Virus record (IMG/VR): IMGVR_UViG_3300018481_000008
Span: 1-57,437 of that record
Length of the DNA: 57,437 nt
Direction: 5' to 3' (one strand)
Source: a virus
Lineage: Duplodnaviria; Caudoviricetes
Positions 29,645 through 39,675 of the stretch are shown here, piece after piece (the stretch's first letter is position 1; the number at the start of each line of letters is the position of its first letter). Under the pieces are notes generated by a model. The model was not told the origin of the DNA. It saw only the letters and a program-made list of their open reading frames with translations, and did no database searches. The position numbers were made by a program, and so were the translations under genes.

Positions 29645-30291
29645 TAGTCGTCGAGTGGAGCAAATTTACCAATGTGCCGCTTTGCATGACGGAAGTATGG
29701 CTTTCCTAGTGTTGAAACAGCGAATGCTACCTCTCCATCGAACCAAGCATAAAATGCTGCATCCATCCTAAACTGTGCCGAGGTACTAATACCGAGGAAC
29801 GTTCTTGGCGGTAGAACGTTCTCTCCTGGCAACGATCCAAATTCATCATCTTCAAGCAATTCAAAGTCTAGTCTAAATTGCTTGTTAGCTGCTTTGTTCT
29901 CTTCCCCCTGGGTACGTTTAGCACCAAAGTTGTTCCACATACCCCATTCAGGAATCCCACTAGTGTCAATGAACAGACCTTGATTAGTAGGAACGTAGGC
30001 TGATCTTTGACTAATTGCTTCTAGCGTATCTCCTGATCTTACCAACATACCGCCGATGTTGTTCGCTAGTGCGTCTGCAATGTAGCTTACTCTCCATGCA
30101 GGCCAAGGTTCTCCATCGGGGCTTGTTTTTGTAGCGAATCTTTCCTGAATATCTACGCGAGCTAATTCTCCTGCTACCGCCATAGGCTCAACCATTTCTT
30201 CTAGTTCATCAGCAAGCCTGATTAATGCACGCCTAACCTCTGTTGGTGTGGGCTTTGCCCAAACGTAATCCCACGTAGTGAATATGGACAC
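29644..30291 (-). CDS. Virion morphogenesis / tail completion protein (Mu gpG-like)
   Basis: ERF...SPDG.PW, L..SG.L, NFG, LPPRTFLGIS. Confidence 0.75.
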   Translation of the reverse strand: MSIFTTWDYVWAKPTPTEVRRALIRLADELEEMVEPMAVAGELARVDIQERFATKTSPDGEPWPAWRVSYIADALANNIGGMLVRSGDTLEAISQRSAYVPTNQGLFIDTSGIPEWGMWNNFGAKRTQGEENKAANKQFRLDFELLEDDEFGSLPGENVLPPRTFLGISTSAQFRMDAAFYAWFDGEVAFAVSTLGKPYFRHAKRHIGKFAPLDD

Positions 30292-30294
30292 AAC

Positions 30295-30735
30295 CTAAAA
30301 CTCCATATCCATTGTAAACTTAGGAGCAGGCAACTGAACGTAGTTAGCTTCTGTTAGCCTAGCACCCGTATCTACTGTTTCGTCTACCTCGGGCAAAGTC
30401 AATTCACCAGTTACGATCATTTCAAGCATCTGCATTGCTTCCAGATACTTCAAGCGAGCGTAATCAGCATCTTCTGGCCAATCCTGCGCTAGCCTATTGC
30501 GGTACATCAATGCCGCTACTAAGCGACCACCGATAGCTCTAATGGTTTCAGGTGTAGAAGTAGGGCTGTTCCAACCGGCTAGGGTTAGGGGAGAGAACGT
30601 TCCACTCAAACGACCCTTAATGATGCGTTCAGAATCTAGCTTAGCTTTCGCTACGTCCTGTGGGTAATCGGCCAGTAGAAACTTGTCTACCGGAAGATGT
30701 ACCTGCACATCATCGTCGTGAATGAAAGATGCCAT
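30295..30735 (-). CDS. Head-tail adaptor (Mu gp36/DUF1320-like)
   Basis: P..IR.I...L.A..MY; YLEAMQML..I..G...L. Confidence 0.65.
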   Translation of the reverse strand: MASFIHDDDVQVHLPVDKFLLADYPQDVAKAKLDSERIIKGRLSGTFSPLTLAGWNSPTSTPETIRAIGGRLVAALMYRNRLAQDWPEDADYARLKYLEAMQMLEMIVTGELTLPEVDETVDTGARLTEANYVQLPAPKFTMDMEF

Positions 30736-30751
30736 TCTCTCCCCTACCTAG

Positions 30752-31141
30752 TTACTTCTTCTCTTCTGCCTTAGCAGGCTTAGTTTCTGCGGCCTTCTCA
30801 ACTAGAGATTCCTCAGAATCCATTGCACCTGCTACCTGTGCCGTAAGTAGTTCCTCCTGTGAAGAGGCTGCTTCTGCTAGCTTCTTCTGTAGATGGACTA
30901 CCGGGCTATCCGTTGATCCAGCAGGCATATCAGGATACGGATACGGACGTGCAACACCCGCTTCTACCCATGCTTCCCATTCTTCCTCTGAGGAAGCATC
31001 GGACTCGCTAATCTCTTCACCGACAGTCTTGATGTTACGGCTGCTAATCACGTTACGCTCTCCACCGTTCGGAGTACGTACCGTAGCCGATTCACCACCA
31101 TCGTAGAGATTGGACCAAAGATAGTGCTGTCCCTTTGCCAT
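30752..31141 (-). CDS. Hypothetical protein after major capsid
   Basis: Strong RBS; head operon. Confidence 0.65.
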   Translation of the reverse strand: MAKGQHYLWSNLYDGGESATVRTPNGGERNVISSRNIKTVGEEISESDASSEEEWEAWVEAGVARPYPYPDMPAGSTDSPVVHLQKKLAEAASSQEELLTAQVAGAMDSEESLVEKAAETKPAKAEEKK

Positions 31142-31158
31142 TTCCGATTACCTCCCTT

Positions 31159-32157
31159 CTACCATGCCGAGGCGCTAAACGCCGTCTTGATGATGTAACC
31201 TGCCATACCTGAAACAACCTTTGCATCGTAGCGCATGGACTTACGTACTAGGTCTGACTTACGACCTTCCTCACGCCACCTATCGACAGGGCCGATAGTA
31301 CCATCGGGGTAGCGAACCGCAAACGTCTTACCGAACGTAAGAGTATTGAGGTTTGGTTCCGGCTCGACATAACCGATAAACACGTCCTTACCCCACAGTG
31401 AGGTAATAGACTCGGCTGCGTCGATATTATCTGCCGCATTGTACTTTGAATCGACTGTAAGCACAGTACCCTCAAAGCCCACTAGCTTCCGCCACGCTTC
31501 ATCATCCATTAGCGAGAAGTTGATGAAGCGAGCAACAATGTCCGGGTGTGACTCTAGCCACGGAACACCCTCAGTTGGAATTGCCATGAGGTTAGGCGGA
31601 CGACCAATGAGATTAGTCACCTTCTGCACAGCAGCCCGGATAATGTCAATCGGATTGCTTGTTGCACCTGCGTAGTTATCCCACTGATCTGCTGCTGCTA
31701 GCGTGATGGTTGAACCACCAGGGTAGTTAGCAGTATTGCGTACTGTGTCAGCTACTAGCTTCTCGTGCCTAAGCAGGATTGCTGTAGTAACTGCCTCAGT
31801 AGCATCCTCCATCGGATCAATCTGTAGAGGCCCACCGAATGCATCATTAGCAAGACCACCGGACGAATTGAGGAACTGATCTTCTTCATCGTGTACGGGA
31901 GACTGTAGTGAGTGCTCCTGTGTGCGATAAACGTCCTCACTCCACTTACGACCGGCGATTTCGTTTGCAACCGTACCAGGCTCTCTACGATCAGGATGCA
32001 TCAACCAGTGTGAACGGTCGAATACCCTGTATCGTCCAGAGGGTGAAGTTACTTCAACGAACGGCATAATCCGCTGACCGTAGAGGTTCTGCGGTGCGTA
32101 CCCTAACGAGAAGTTAGTGAGTAGCGGATCACTGTATAGTGTACCGGGATCGTACAT
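31159..32157 (-). CDS. Major capsid protein
   Basis: DPLLTNFSLGY, R.PG, PN.MAI; 332 aa, downstream of protease and decoration genes. Confidence 0.88.
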   Translation of the reverse strand: MYDPGTLYSDPLLTNFSLGYAPQNLYGQRIMPFVEVTSPSGRYRVFDRSHWLMHPDRREPGTVANEIAGRKWSEDVYRTQEHSLQSPVHDEEDQFLNSSGGLANDAFGGPLQIDPMEDATEAVTTAILLRHEKLVADTVRNTANYPGGSTITLAAADQWDNYAGATSNPIDIIRAAVQKVTNLIGRPPNLMAIPTEGVPWLESHPDIVARFINFSLMDDEAWRKLVGFEGTVLTVDSKYNAADNIDAAESITSLWGKDVFIGYVEPEPNLNTLTFGKTFAVRYPDGTIGPVDRWREEGRKSDLVRKSMRYDAKVVSGMAGYIIKTAFSASAW

Positions 32158-32178
32158 TTAATCAATTCACCCCCTCTA

Positions 32179-32562
32179 TTACGGATGCAGGAAGCCAGGA
32201 ATAACAAGCTGAACTCTAGCTCGCTCACCGGCATTTGATGTAGGTTCAACACACATACCAACTACACGCTCACCAGCAGCGCCAGTCTTACAGCGACCAT
32301 CAGAAGCCATTGTGACTAGTGCTCCTACAGCGATAGCGGCAGAGCATTCCCATTCGGTAGCACCCATGACTCTTACGGATGCACCCTTACCCTTAGTAAT
32401 TTCACCAGCGGATACAGCTACCTGCGTTACACCGGCGATCTGATCGGTTGCGGCTGTTACGGGAGTAACAGTTTCTTCTGCGGAGAACTTAACGCCACGG
32501 AACTTCGCTAGTGCTGCCGCAACGTTATAGCCCTTGTCCATTACATAGTTGCCAGTTGCCAT
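32179..32562 (-). CDS. Capsid decoration/cement protein (DUF2190-like)
   Basis: AAIAVGALV...DGR...VVG; just before MCP. Confidence 0.7.
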   Translation of the reverse strand: MATGNYVMDKGYNVAAALAKFRGVKFSAEETVTPVTAATDQIAGVTQVAVSAGEITKGKGASVRVMGATEWECSAAIAVGALVTMASDGRCKTGAAGERVVGMCVEPTSNAGERARVQLVIPGFLHP

Positions 32563-32580
32563 TTGCTTCTGTCACCCCCT

Positions 32581-34266
32581 CTAGTTTGTAGCGTAGGCTT
32601 CGGCTAGTTCAGGATAACGCTTTGCAGCTTCAAGCATTGCATCCTTCTGATTAAGGTTATCTTCCGTCATTAGCTGACTAACCTTATCCGCAAATGCCTT
32701 ACGATCCTTCACACGATTACCTGTAGCCTGAACAACGTCCACAGTCTCATCTACACGTGAGCTACCAATCTCACCCAACTGGACTCCACCAGTAGCTACT
32801 GTTTCGACTAGCTGCTTTAGATCATCAGGAACAAGATTACCCATACCAAGCTTCATATGAGTCTGCTTAACTACGTCTTGCGCCCTGACCGATAGACGAT
32901 ACTTGGTCTTTTCTCCTTCTCCTTCACCTGCAACTTCAAAGTCTGCAAGAGAGTTGGCAAAAGATACAGCCTCATTTTCTCTATTCGTCCTTTCAAGCTT
33001 GGCAAGCCTTTCAGCCTGCTCTGGATACGCCTGTGCAAACGCAACCTGCTCAGACGCAACCTGTGTAGCTTCTCTTAGCTCAGAAACCAGTTCAACCTGT
33101 GAATCTAGAGCTTCCGTAACCTTGGTGGCAAGGTCCGCATCCTCTAGATCAGCAGCATTACTGATACCGAGCCTTTCTGCATACTGCAACAGTAGTTCAC
33201 GGTTCATTAGAGATTCCTCCAACTCTGGAAGGTTCGGCGGTCGATGTAACCTACCTCCATTTGCTTTCCAATCGTCGATATGCTCATCTTCCGGTGCTTC
33301 TCTAGGCTGTGGTTCTCCACCTAGACCACTACCGGGTTCTGAGTGTTCTTTCTCCTTATCAAAGCTAGCGCGAAGGCTAAATCCTAATCCTTCACTACTA
33401 CCATTATTAGCTACTTGTACCGCTGTGCCACCACCATTTAGCATTGCACCTAGAACCTCATCGTAGGTGCGAATACCATCTACCATGCCTGAATCAAGAG
33501 CCTTCTTTGCGCTAACAATGCCTCCTTCTCCATAGTTCTGCCTTACGTTTTCCTCAGTCGTGTTACGTCCTGCTGCTACCGACTGAATGAACAGATCGTT
33601 CGCATCTTTTACTACGCTCTGTAGATACTCATGGCTGTCATCATTAAGTGGAAGAATCTCCGCTGCCTTGAAGCGACCTTCCTTAATGACGGTCTGCTTA
33701 ACACCAATGTTCTCTGCTAGCTGGCTCTCATCAGTATGTACCATGAAAGTACCGATGCTGCCTACCATGCCACTGTCAGACACGTACATTTCACTTGCCT
33801 GACTTGCTAGATAGTAGGCGGCGCTAGCAGCCATTGTGTTTGCAACAGAGTAAATTGGCTTAATGTCTCTAGCCTCTCTAATCTCCTGGGCCATTTCTTC
33901 CAACATGAACGAAGAACCACCGGGACTATCTACATCAAGCAGAATACTCTCTACACGATCGTTCTGTAGTAGCTCACGGAAGTCCTGAGTGAACTGTTCC
34001 ATTGACGTAGCACCTGATAGTTCTGTCATCAGGTTAGCCTTTGGAAAGATTGGGCCATGCAAGGGTAGAATACCAACACTACCATGCTGTGAAGGTAGGC
34101 TACCACGATCACGCTTTGAATCCCTTGCTTCCTGCTTAAGTTGCTCAATGTCAATCTTACCATCAAGATGGGCATTGACAACTTGTAGGATCTGCCGTAG
34201 ACCACCCTCGGTAATCAACCAAGGAGTATCTTGGATCATTGAGATTACTCTTGCGTAATTCTTCAT
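32581..34266 (-). CDS. S49-family prohead protease fused to scaffold
   Basis: LDVDSPGG, AASAAYYLAS, VGSIG, GMVDGI; coiled-coil C-terminal half. Confidence 0.88.
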   Translation of the reverse strand: MKNYARVISMIQDTPWLITEGGLRQILQVVNAHLDGKIDIEQLKQEARDSKRDRGSLPSQHGSVGILPLHGPIFPKANLMTELSGATSMEQFTQDFRELLQNDRVESILLDVDSPGGSSFMLEEMAQEIREARDIKPIYSVANTMAASAAYYLASQASEMYVSDSGMVGSIGTFMVHTDESQLAENIGVKQTVIKEGRFKAAEILPLNDDSHEYLQSVVKDANDLFIQSVAAGRNTTEENVRQNYGEGGIVSAKKALDSGMVDGIRTYDEVLGAMLNGGGTAVQVANNGSSEGLGFSLRASFDKEKEHSEPGSGLGGEPQPREAPEDEHIDDWKANGGRLHRPPNLPELEESLMNRELLLQYAERLGISNAADLEDADLATKVTEALDSQVELVSELREATQVASEQVAFAQAYPEQAERLAKLERTNRENEAVSFANSLADFEVAGEGEGEKTKYRLSVRAQDVVKQTHMKLGMGNLVPDDLKQLVETVATGGVQLGEIGSSRVDETVDVVQATGNRVKDRKAFADKVSQLMTEDNLNQKDAMLEAAKRYPELAEAYATN

Positions 34267-35778
34267 TTAGCTCCCCGCATTATCTGTTGGAGCATCGGTA
34301 TTACCACTTGAACCACCACGATCTTTACCCTTACCATTTGAACCATCAAAGGCGCCTGATTCAGTACCGTCACTAACCTTCTGTGGGGGAACGTTAGCTT
34401 CCGGTGTCTGTGAACCTCCAAGCTTAAGTGGCATATCACACCGAGAGCGCACCCAATTCTCAGTCTCTAGATCAAGAGTAATGAGATTTCGTGCAGCTAG
34501 GTTAGCTAGTGCTGATGCCCACTGTTGTAGATCCCTTGTTTCACCAATGTTCCGCACCTTCATCTGTGGGAAGCTATCGGTTTCAAAGTTGTATGCTACA
34601 AGCTGCGGGATAACGTACAGGTTGAACATATCACAAACGAGGTTAGCAAGATATCGCTGGCTCTTAGTGAACATATCCTGATGTGAACCAGCGGTTGCTC
34701 TACCTCCACCTTCTGCGATACCCATTAGGAGGAACTGCACCATCACGTTCAACATAATCATGCCGTTATGATGGTCGATTGACTTCATAACGTCCACAGG
34801 TTGTCCAGGCATATCTGCGAAACGTAGAATCCAACCAGTAGGTAATACCGCCCCCGCACGTTCATTAGTACGGATATTGCTAATTAGGTCTAGACCAACG
34901 CGAATATCGTTGTCATTAGCTGTGGGCGGTAGCTCTAGGATCGGGAAACCCATACCGTGACGTTCTTTCTGAATGCCGTCAATCTTGTATAGGTTTTCTT
35001 TGTAGACCCAATTCTTGTAGGACGTGCGAAGTAGCGATTTACCGTCTAGGTTGCCACCCTTCTTATTGTGCGTAAGAATGAGTAGCTTGCTAATAGGGAT
35101 GGTTACGTCCTGTGGTCGGTTGTCCTTGCGAATAGCAGAATGAACAACTGACTCGGGGCCACCGTTGTCGTCATAAATGAACTCTTTGATGGTAGGAGCC
35201 AAGCGTGGAGCAATCTTACGTAGCATTGTATATTTACGTCGATTGGCACCGTCGCGCGTTGGACTCCACTCGCGTTCTTCAAAGACTTTCTCCCCAATGC
35301 TGAAACCATGTTCCATCATCCTCAGCATATCGTTAAGTACATTGAGGAATGGACTTGTCTGTGACTGTAGAAGATTGTACTCTACAAATTGGGCGATTTC
35401 CAGATTGATGCCCTTATCTGTCCAAGGCTCAATAAAGAAGTCAGCACCGACAATGGGCATCTTGCCTGCACGTAGGGAAACGTCAATAGCTGCATCGTTA
35501 GTGGACATTCGCTCGTAGACACTGATAGCTTGCCCACGTGTAGCTAGCTCAGGTACAATGTCACGAATAGGTGCAACACGGCCGGAACCCTGGTCTACCA
35601 TCGCGCCGGCGTCTACTGGAATACTGCCCTTAGCGTTGTAACTTGTGCCAGTAGAGCGTCTACGAGGATCAGGGTCAGCCATAGCAATGCCGAGTCCATC
35701 AGCAAGAACGGCTAATGCCTCGTAGTTAGCAAATGGGTCTTGTTTCTTACTTAGACCCAGGGATTGTGCTAAACCCAA
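34267..35778 (-). CDS. Portal protein (DUF935/Mu gp29-like)
   Basis: HGFSIGEK, G.SLLR, ERHGMGFP, IPQLVAYNF; follows TerL. Confidence 0.85.
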   Translation of the reverse strand: MGLAQSLGLSKKQDPFANYEALAVLADGLGIAMADPDPRRRSTGTSYNAKGSIPVDAGAMVDQGSGRVAPIRDIVPELATRGQAISVYERMSTNDAAIDVSLRAGKMPIVGADFFIEPWTDKGINLEIAQFVEYNLLQSQTSPFLNVLNDMLRMMEHGFSIGEKVFEEREWSPTRDGANRRKYTMLRKIAPRLAPTIKEFIYDDNGGPESVVHSAIRKDNRPQDVTIPISKLLILTHNKKGGNLDGKSLLRTSYKNWVYKENLYKIDGIQKERHGMGFPILELPPTANDNDIRVGLDLISNIRTNERAGAVLPTGWILRFADMPGQPVDVMKSIDHHNGMIMLNVMVQFLLMGIAEGGGRATAGSHQDMFTKSQRYLANLVCDMFNLYVIPQLVAYNFETDSFPQMKVRNIGETRDLQQWASALANLAARNLITLDLETENWVRSRCDMPLKLGGSQTPEANVPPQKVSDGTESGAFDGSNGKGKDRGGSSGNTDAPTDNAGS

Positions 35779-37163
35779 CTTTTATTCTCTTCTCTGGTAA
35801 TGGTCGCTTCTTGCGTGAAGAACTGCATAGCTTCGCTACCTGAATGGGCGGCAGTATAAATGTCGGACAGGCGTGGCCCCACGCCAAGAACGTACATATG
35901 ATTAAAGAAGTACCTAAGTGCATCAGGACCATGATCGTCAAAGTCATGCTGCATTTCCTTATGGTTCTTACCATCTTTAACTTCAACGAAATGCAGACGT
36001 TCCATCTGCCTAATGATATTCTCTTGCCTATAATCAAACCATAGCTTAGGACTACCATCAGGCTGTAGTTTAAGATGTGACTTAACTGCTTCAATTCCTA
36101 GTTTCCATCCCACAGGCTCACTTAACACTGGCCCTAGAATCATTGCTAGAGTTGCTGCTTCATCTGCTCCACGAGGATCACCAAACATACCATCAATGTG
36201 GTAGCCGGGAGGGTTCTTCCTATTACGGATGATCTGCCCATGCTCCCACGTACTCATAGAAGTAACCTGATACTCACGCCAAACGTACACATTATCACTA
36301 GGATCGACCATGATATCAAGACACACGAATGGGTCAGCAAATCCATAGTCGAACACTAGATAGTTACGCCATGCAGGATTGTAGTTGATTTCCTTAACGT
36401 GAATTTTCGGGATAAACTCGGTGTAGATTTTACCCTGGTACGCAACAAAGTCAGCAGCATACTCCTGTAGCCAAGTAACCTCAGGAGTAATCCGCTTAAG
36501 CTCGATCATTTCCTCTTCTTCCATACCCTTTGGATAACGAGCTTTGTTAGTCCACGTAGGTAGACGCCAAGACTCGTATTCAGGGAAGTCAGGCAATTGG
36601 CCCATCATCCACATACCCTGATACCAGTTGTACCCACGTGGGGTACTAGGAAAGATAGCCCATCCTCTACGATCACTCAATGCAGGTCTAACGTACATAT
36701 CCCACGTATCCTTATCGTGGGATGCTGCTTCTGCCATTACTACACCATCAAGCCCCTCACCGACAAGTCCATCTTTCCGGTCAGCGGATTTAACTTCAAT
36801 GACAGTTCCCCAGGGCATTTCAATACGCATTTGGCCTTGGTTGACATTGTACTGCTTCTTAATCCTACTACCAAGTCCGAGTTTCTTGACGAGGTTGCTG
36901 TAAAGTACACGGAACTCCTTTTCTCCTAGTGAGTAGTTTGGGCCTACGATCCAATACACCGGAGGATTGCTAGTGTCGATGTTTTCAGTCTCTAGTGCTG
37001 CGGCTGTAAGCTCATTACCACCGAACGTAGTCTTACCCCAACGGCGTCCACAGCAGGGGATCTTGAACCTTGCACCACTTAAATGGCATTCCCACTGTTC
37101 CTCACTGTGGGGTTCGTACTTAAGGGTCTTAAACAGACTACGCTTGGCAGTTTCGTTGAGCAC
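35769..37163 (-). CDS. terL: Terminase large subunit
   Basis: CGRRWGKT, VVMAEAA, STPRG.NW, FDYGFADP, DDHGPDALRY. Confidence 0.93.
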   Translation of the reverse strand: MLNETAKRSLFKTLKYEPHSEEQWECHLSGARFKIPCCGRRWGKTTFGGNELTAAALETENIDTSNPPVYWIVGPNYSLGEKEFRVLYSNLVKKLGLGSRIKKQYNVNQGQMRIEMPWGTVIEVKSADRKDGLVGEGLDGVVMAEAASHDKDTWDMYVRPALSDRRGWAIFPSTPRGYNWYQGMWMMGQLPDFPEYESWRLPTWTNKARYPKGMEEEEMIELKRITPEVTWLQEYAADFVAYQGKIYTEFIPKIHVKEINYNPAWRNYLVFDYGFADPFVCLDIMVDPSDNVYVWREYQVTSMSTWEHGQIIRNRKNPPGYHIDGMFGDPRGADEAATLAMILGPVLSEPVGWKLGIEAVKSHLKLQPDGSPKLWFDYRQENIIRQMERLHFVEVKDGKNHKEMQHDFDDHGPDALRYFFNHMYVLGVGPRLSDIYTAAHSGSEAMQFFTQEATITREENKSWV

Positions 37164-37471
37164 TAGATACCTACAACGTCGAATTCATACGGTCCGAGCC
37201 ACGGTAGCTCAGGAGAGGTAGTAAAGCGTAACTGCAAACGATACGTACCAGGGTCCCACCCGCCACCCGTACTAGTGTCTACTAGGCACTTTACCTTCAT
37301 TAGTGAAACTACCAGCCCTGTGTTAGTCCATGTGACTTTATCTGTATCTAGAGGATCAGGATTGATTACCCTAAACTCAGGAGTGTGGCTTGAAAGATCA
37401 GCAATAGCACCTAGTTCATCTTCCACATCAATTACTAGGTACTCTTTGGTATTTTGTGGCAACTCAGGCAT
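37163..37471 (-). CDS. Small Ig-like (BppU-N-like) virion protein
   Basis: DLS...F...W.PGTYRLQLRF beta-sandwich pattern. Confidence 0.5.
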   Translation of the reverse strand: MPELPQNTKEYLVIDVEDELGAIADLSSHTPEFRVINPDPLDTDKVTWTNTGLVVSLMKVKCLVDTSTGGGWDPGTYRLQLRFTTSPELPWLGPYEFDVVGI

Positions 37472-39160
37472 TTACTTCCTTCCTAGAATAGCTGACCAAC
37501 GTTTACTTAATGCAGCACTGAACCGATTGCCCATTAAACCGCCACTCCACCGGCGTTCACCGAGCGTAGCAGAAAATCTATTGCCTGACAAGGTAGCTGA
37601 GTAGTTCGTGCTCAAACGTCCTACAAGTAGAGAATCGTAGGGTAGATATACTTCTTGAAATAGCCCAGGCGTAATGCGGAAGTAGACCGTTGCCGCATCT
37701 ACCATACTTGCGCTGAAATAATCTTCTACAGCACTTGGCGTAATAGTCAGCGTCGCGGTACTTGAATCTACTGCCTCGAACACCTGTGTCGAACTAGGAC
37801 TAATTGTGTATGTAACTGTGGCTGTATCTTCGTAGCCACTAGTAAGCGTATCTACGCCAGATGGAGTAAGGTCTAGATAGACCTCATTACTATCTGTAGA
37901 TGTTCGTTCTTCTGCCGCGCTAGGCGTAAGAGCAAATCGTACCTCAACTGAGTCAGTACTCTCTCTTGACTCAGTTGCGCTTGGCCCAATAACCAGGGAT
38001 ACTGTGGAGGCATCTGTACTCTCTCTCGATTCAGTTCCACTAGGAGTTAGGATGATAGATACAGTACTGCTGTCTACAACCTCTAGCGCGTCACTAGACG
38101 ATGGAGTGATCGCTAATGGAATAGTCCCGGCATCAGTAGTAGTACCACTCTGAAATTCGACGCCGCTAGGAGTGATCGCTACTGGAATAGTTGTGGCATC
38201 TGTTATCTCACGGCTTTCGATACCACTTGGAGTTAATATAACTGTTATGGTATTAGCGTCGGTATATTCCTTTGCAGGGAATTCGATCGCGCTAGGTGTT
38301 ACATCTACGTAGACAGTAGCAGCGTCAGTTACCTCACGTAGTTCACTACCACTAGGCGTAATCTTTAATACGGCCGTATTCGTATCTGTGTACTCTTTGG
38401 CTTTGAACTCTACTGCACTTACCGTAAGAGTTACGAGCACCGTAGCGGCATCAATACCCTCACGAATTTCGGTAGCACTGGTTTGCAGATCAACTAGTAC
38501 CGTATTGCTATCAGTCGATTCACGATTCTCTGTGCTGCTAGGAGTAATATCAACGTAGATCGTTCCAGTATCCGTATATTCTGTACCGCTTGCTACAACA
38601 GCACCATAGCCCATATCATCTAGGTGTGATGTAGCTCCTGCCTGATAAAGATCAAAGCCAGGAGCGCCGGCTGCGTTGTAGTTAGAATCGGTAGTAGAAA
38701 TTCGTTGTGTCCATACACCACTAGTACGTGTATAACACTTAATAGTTGTACCAATACATTCTAGTCCGACAGCATCGCCTGGAGCTTTATTGAAACTAAC
38801 AGATGAACCGATCTGAGTTTGTAGGCCGTTATCAAGACGCTGTAGCGTGAGGTTGTTTGAGCCAGTTGCCCACGATGCTTGGAATCCATCGTAAGCTCCA
38901 CCACCTGTTGTAAGTCTGCAAAAGACACCACAGTAGTCAGGATTGTCTACATTCGTTATAAAGCATTCCTGATCTGCAGCAAAACTAGCTGGTGTGTCAA
39001 GATAAGCACCAACATAAGGCTCGATAGTATTTGCGACCATGTTACTTTCGATGCCAGCAGTATTTGCACCACCAAGAGTGCTAAAATCGGGATCGCGAAT
39101 ATGCAGCAGCCCGTTCGCGAATGTGAATGTCTTAACTACGCTTGTAGTTGGGAAAGCCAT
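37472..39160 (-). CDS. Repeat-rich fibre protein 2 (lectin-like N-domain, ~15 x 20-aa repeats)
   Basis: Repeat consensus TD.xT(I/V)x(V/L)x(I/L)TPSxxExRE; C-terminal RWS/RFS repeats. Confidence 0.65.
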   Translation of the reverse strand: MAFPTTSVVKTFTFANGLLHIRDPDFSTLGGANTAGIESNMVANTIEPYVGAYLDTPASFAADQECFITNVDNPDYCGVFCRLTTGGGAYDGFQASWATGSNNLTLQRLDNGLQTQIGSSVSFNKAPGDAVGLECIGTTIKCYTRTSGVWTQRISTTDSNYNAAGAPGFDLYQAGATSHLDDMGYGAVVASGTEYTDTGTIYVDITPSSTENRESTDSNTVLVDLQTSATEIREGIDAATVLVTLTVSAVEFKAKEYTDTNTAVLKITPSGSELREVTDAATVYVDVTPSAIEFPAKEYTDANTITVILTPSGIESREITDATTIPVAITPSGVEFQSGTTTDAGTIPLAITPSSSDALEVVDSSTVSIILTPSGTESRESTDASTVSLVIGPSATESRESTDSVEVRFALTPSAAEERTSTDSNEVYLDLTPSGVDTLTSGYEDTATVTYTISPSSTQVFEAVDSSTATLTITPSAVEDYFSASMVDAATVYFRITPGLFQEVYLPYDSLLVGRLSTNYSATLSGNRFSATLGERRWSGGLMGNRFSAALSKRWSAILGRK

Positions 39161-39675
39161 TATTCAGTAATCCTGACATCTACATCGGTATAAGGCTTAA
39201 CAGGAACTTGCTCAGTAGTAAAAACATAGTCGTTACCCGAACGTGCTGGCTTAAATCGCTTTGAGCATAGTAGTCCCAACAGATCATCCAGTGTACGAGC
39301 GCGCCAGCTAGTTAGATTAGAACCCATTACGGCTGTAATTTCTTGTGTTGTGTATCCTAGTGATTGCAACTTGTTATTGATTTGGTTTCGTTCACCATTG
39401 GTCATGTTCGCAAACGACGATGTTAAATCTACCCATCTGCGTGGAATAGCTATAAAGTTAGGTGCTGCATCAATTGTGCTCAGTAGAGCATTAGATGCAC
39501 GAACCTTAACTACCGCACTGTCTCCTAATACCTCAATTTCTTCCCACGTACCGCCCTCAGCGAAAATCTGCTCACTAAAGTCGTCCATAGCACAGTATCT
39601 ACCGGGACGAATGAGAAAACCGTCTAGAATTAGATCACGGCGCTTGTATGGTGTAATGAACCAACCTAGTGGCAT
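39160..39675 (-). CDS. Hypothetical protein in fibre module
   Basis: TAATG-coupled on both sides. Confidence 0.65.
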   Translation of the reverse strand: MPLGWFITPYKRRDLILDGFLIRPGRYCAMDDFSEQIFAEGGTWEEIEVLGDSAVVKVRASNALLSTIDAAPNFIAIPRRWVDLTSSFANMTNGERNQINNKLQSLGYTTQEITAVMGSNLTSWRARTLDDLLGLLCSKRFKPARSGNDYVFTTEQVPVKPYTDVDVRITE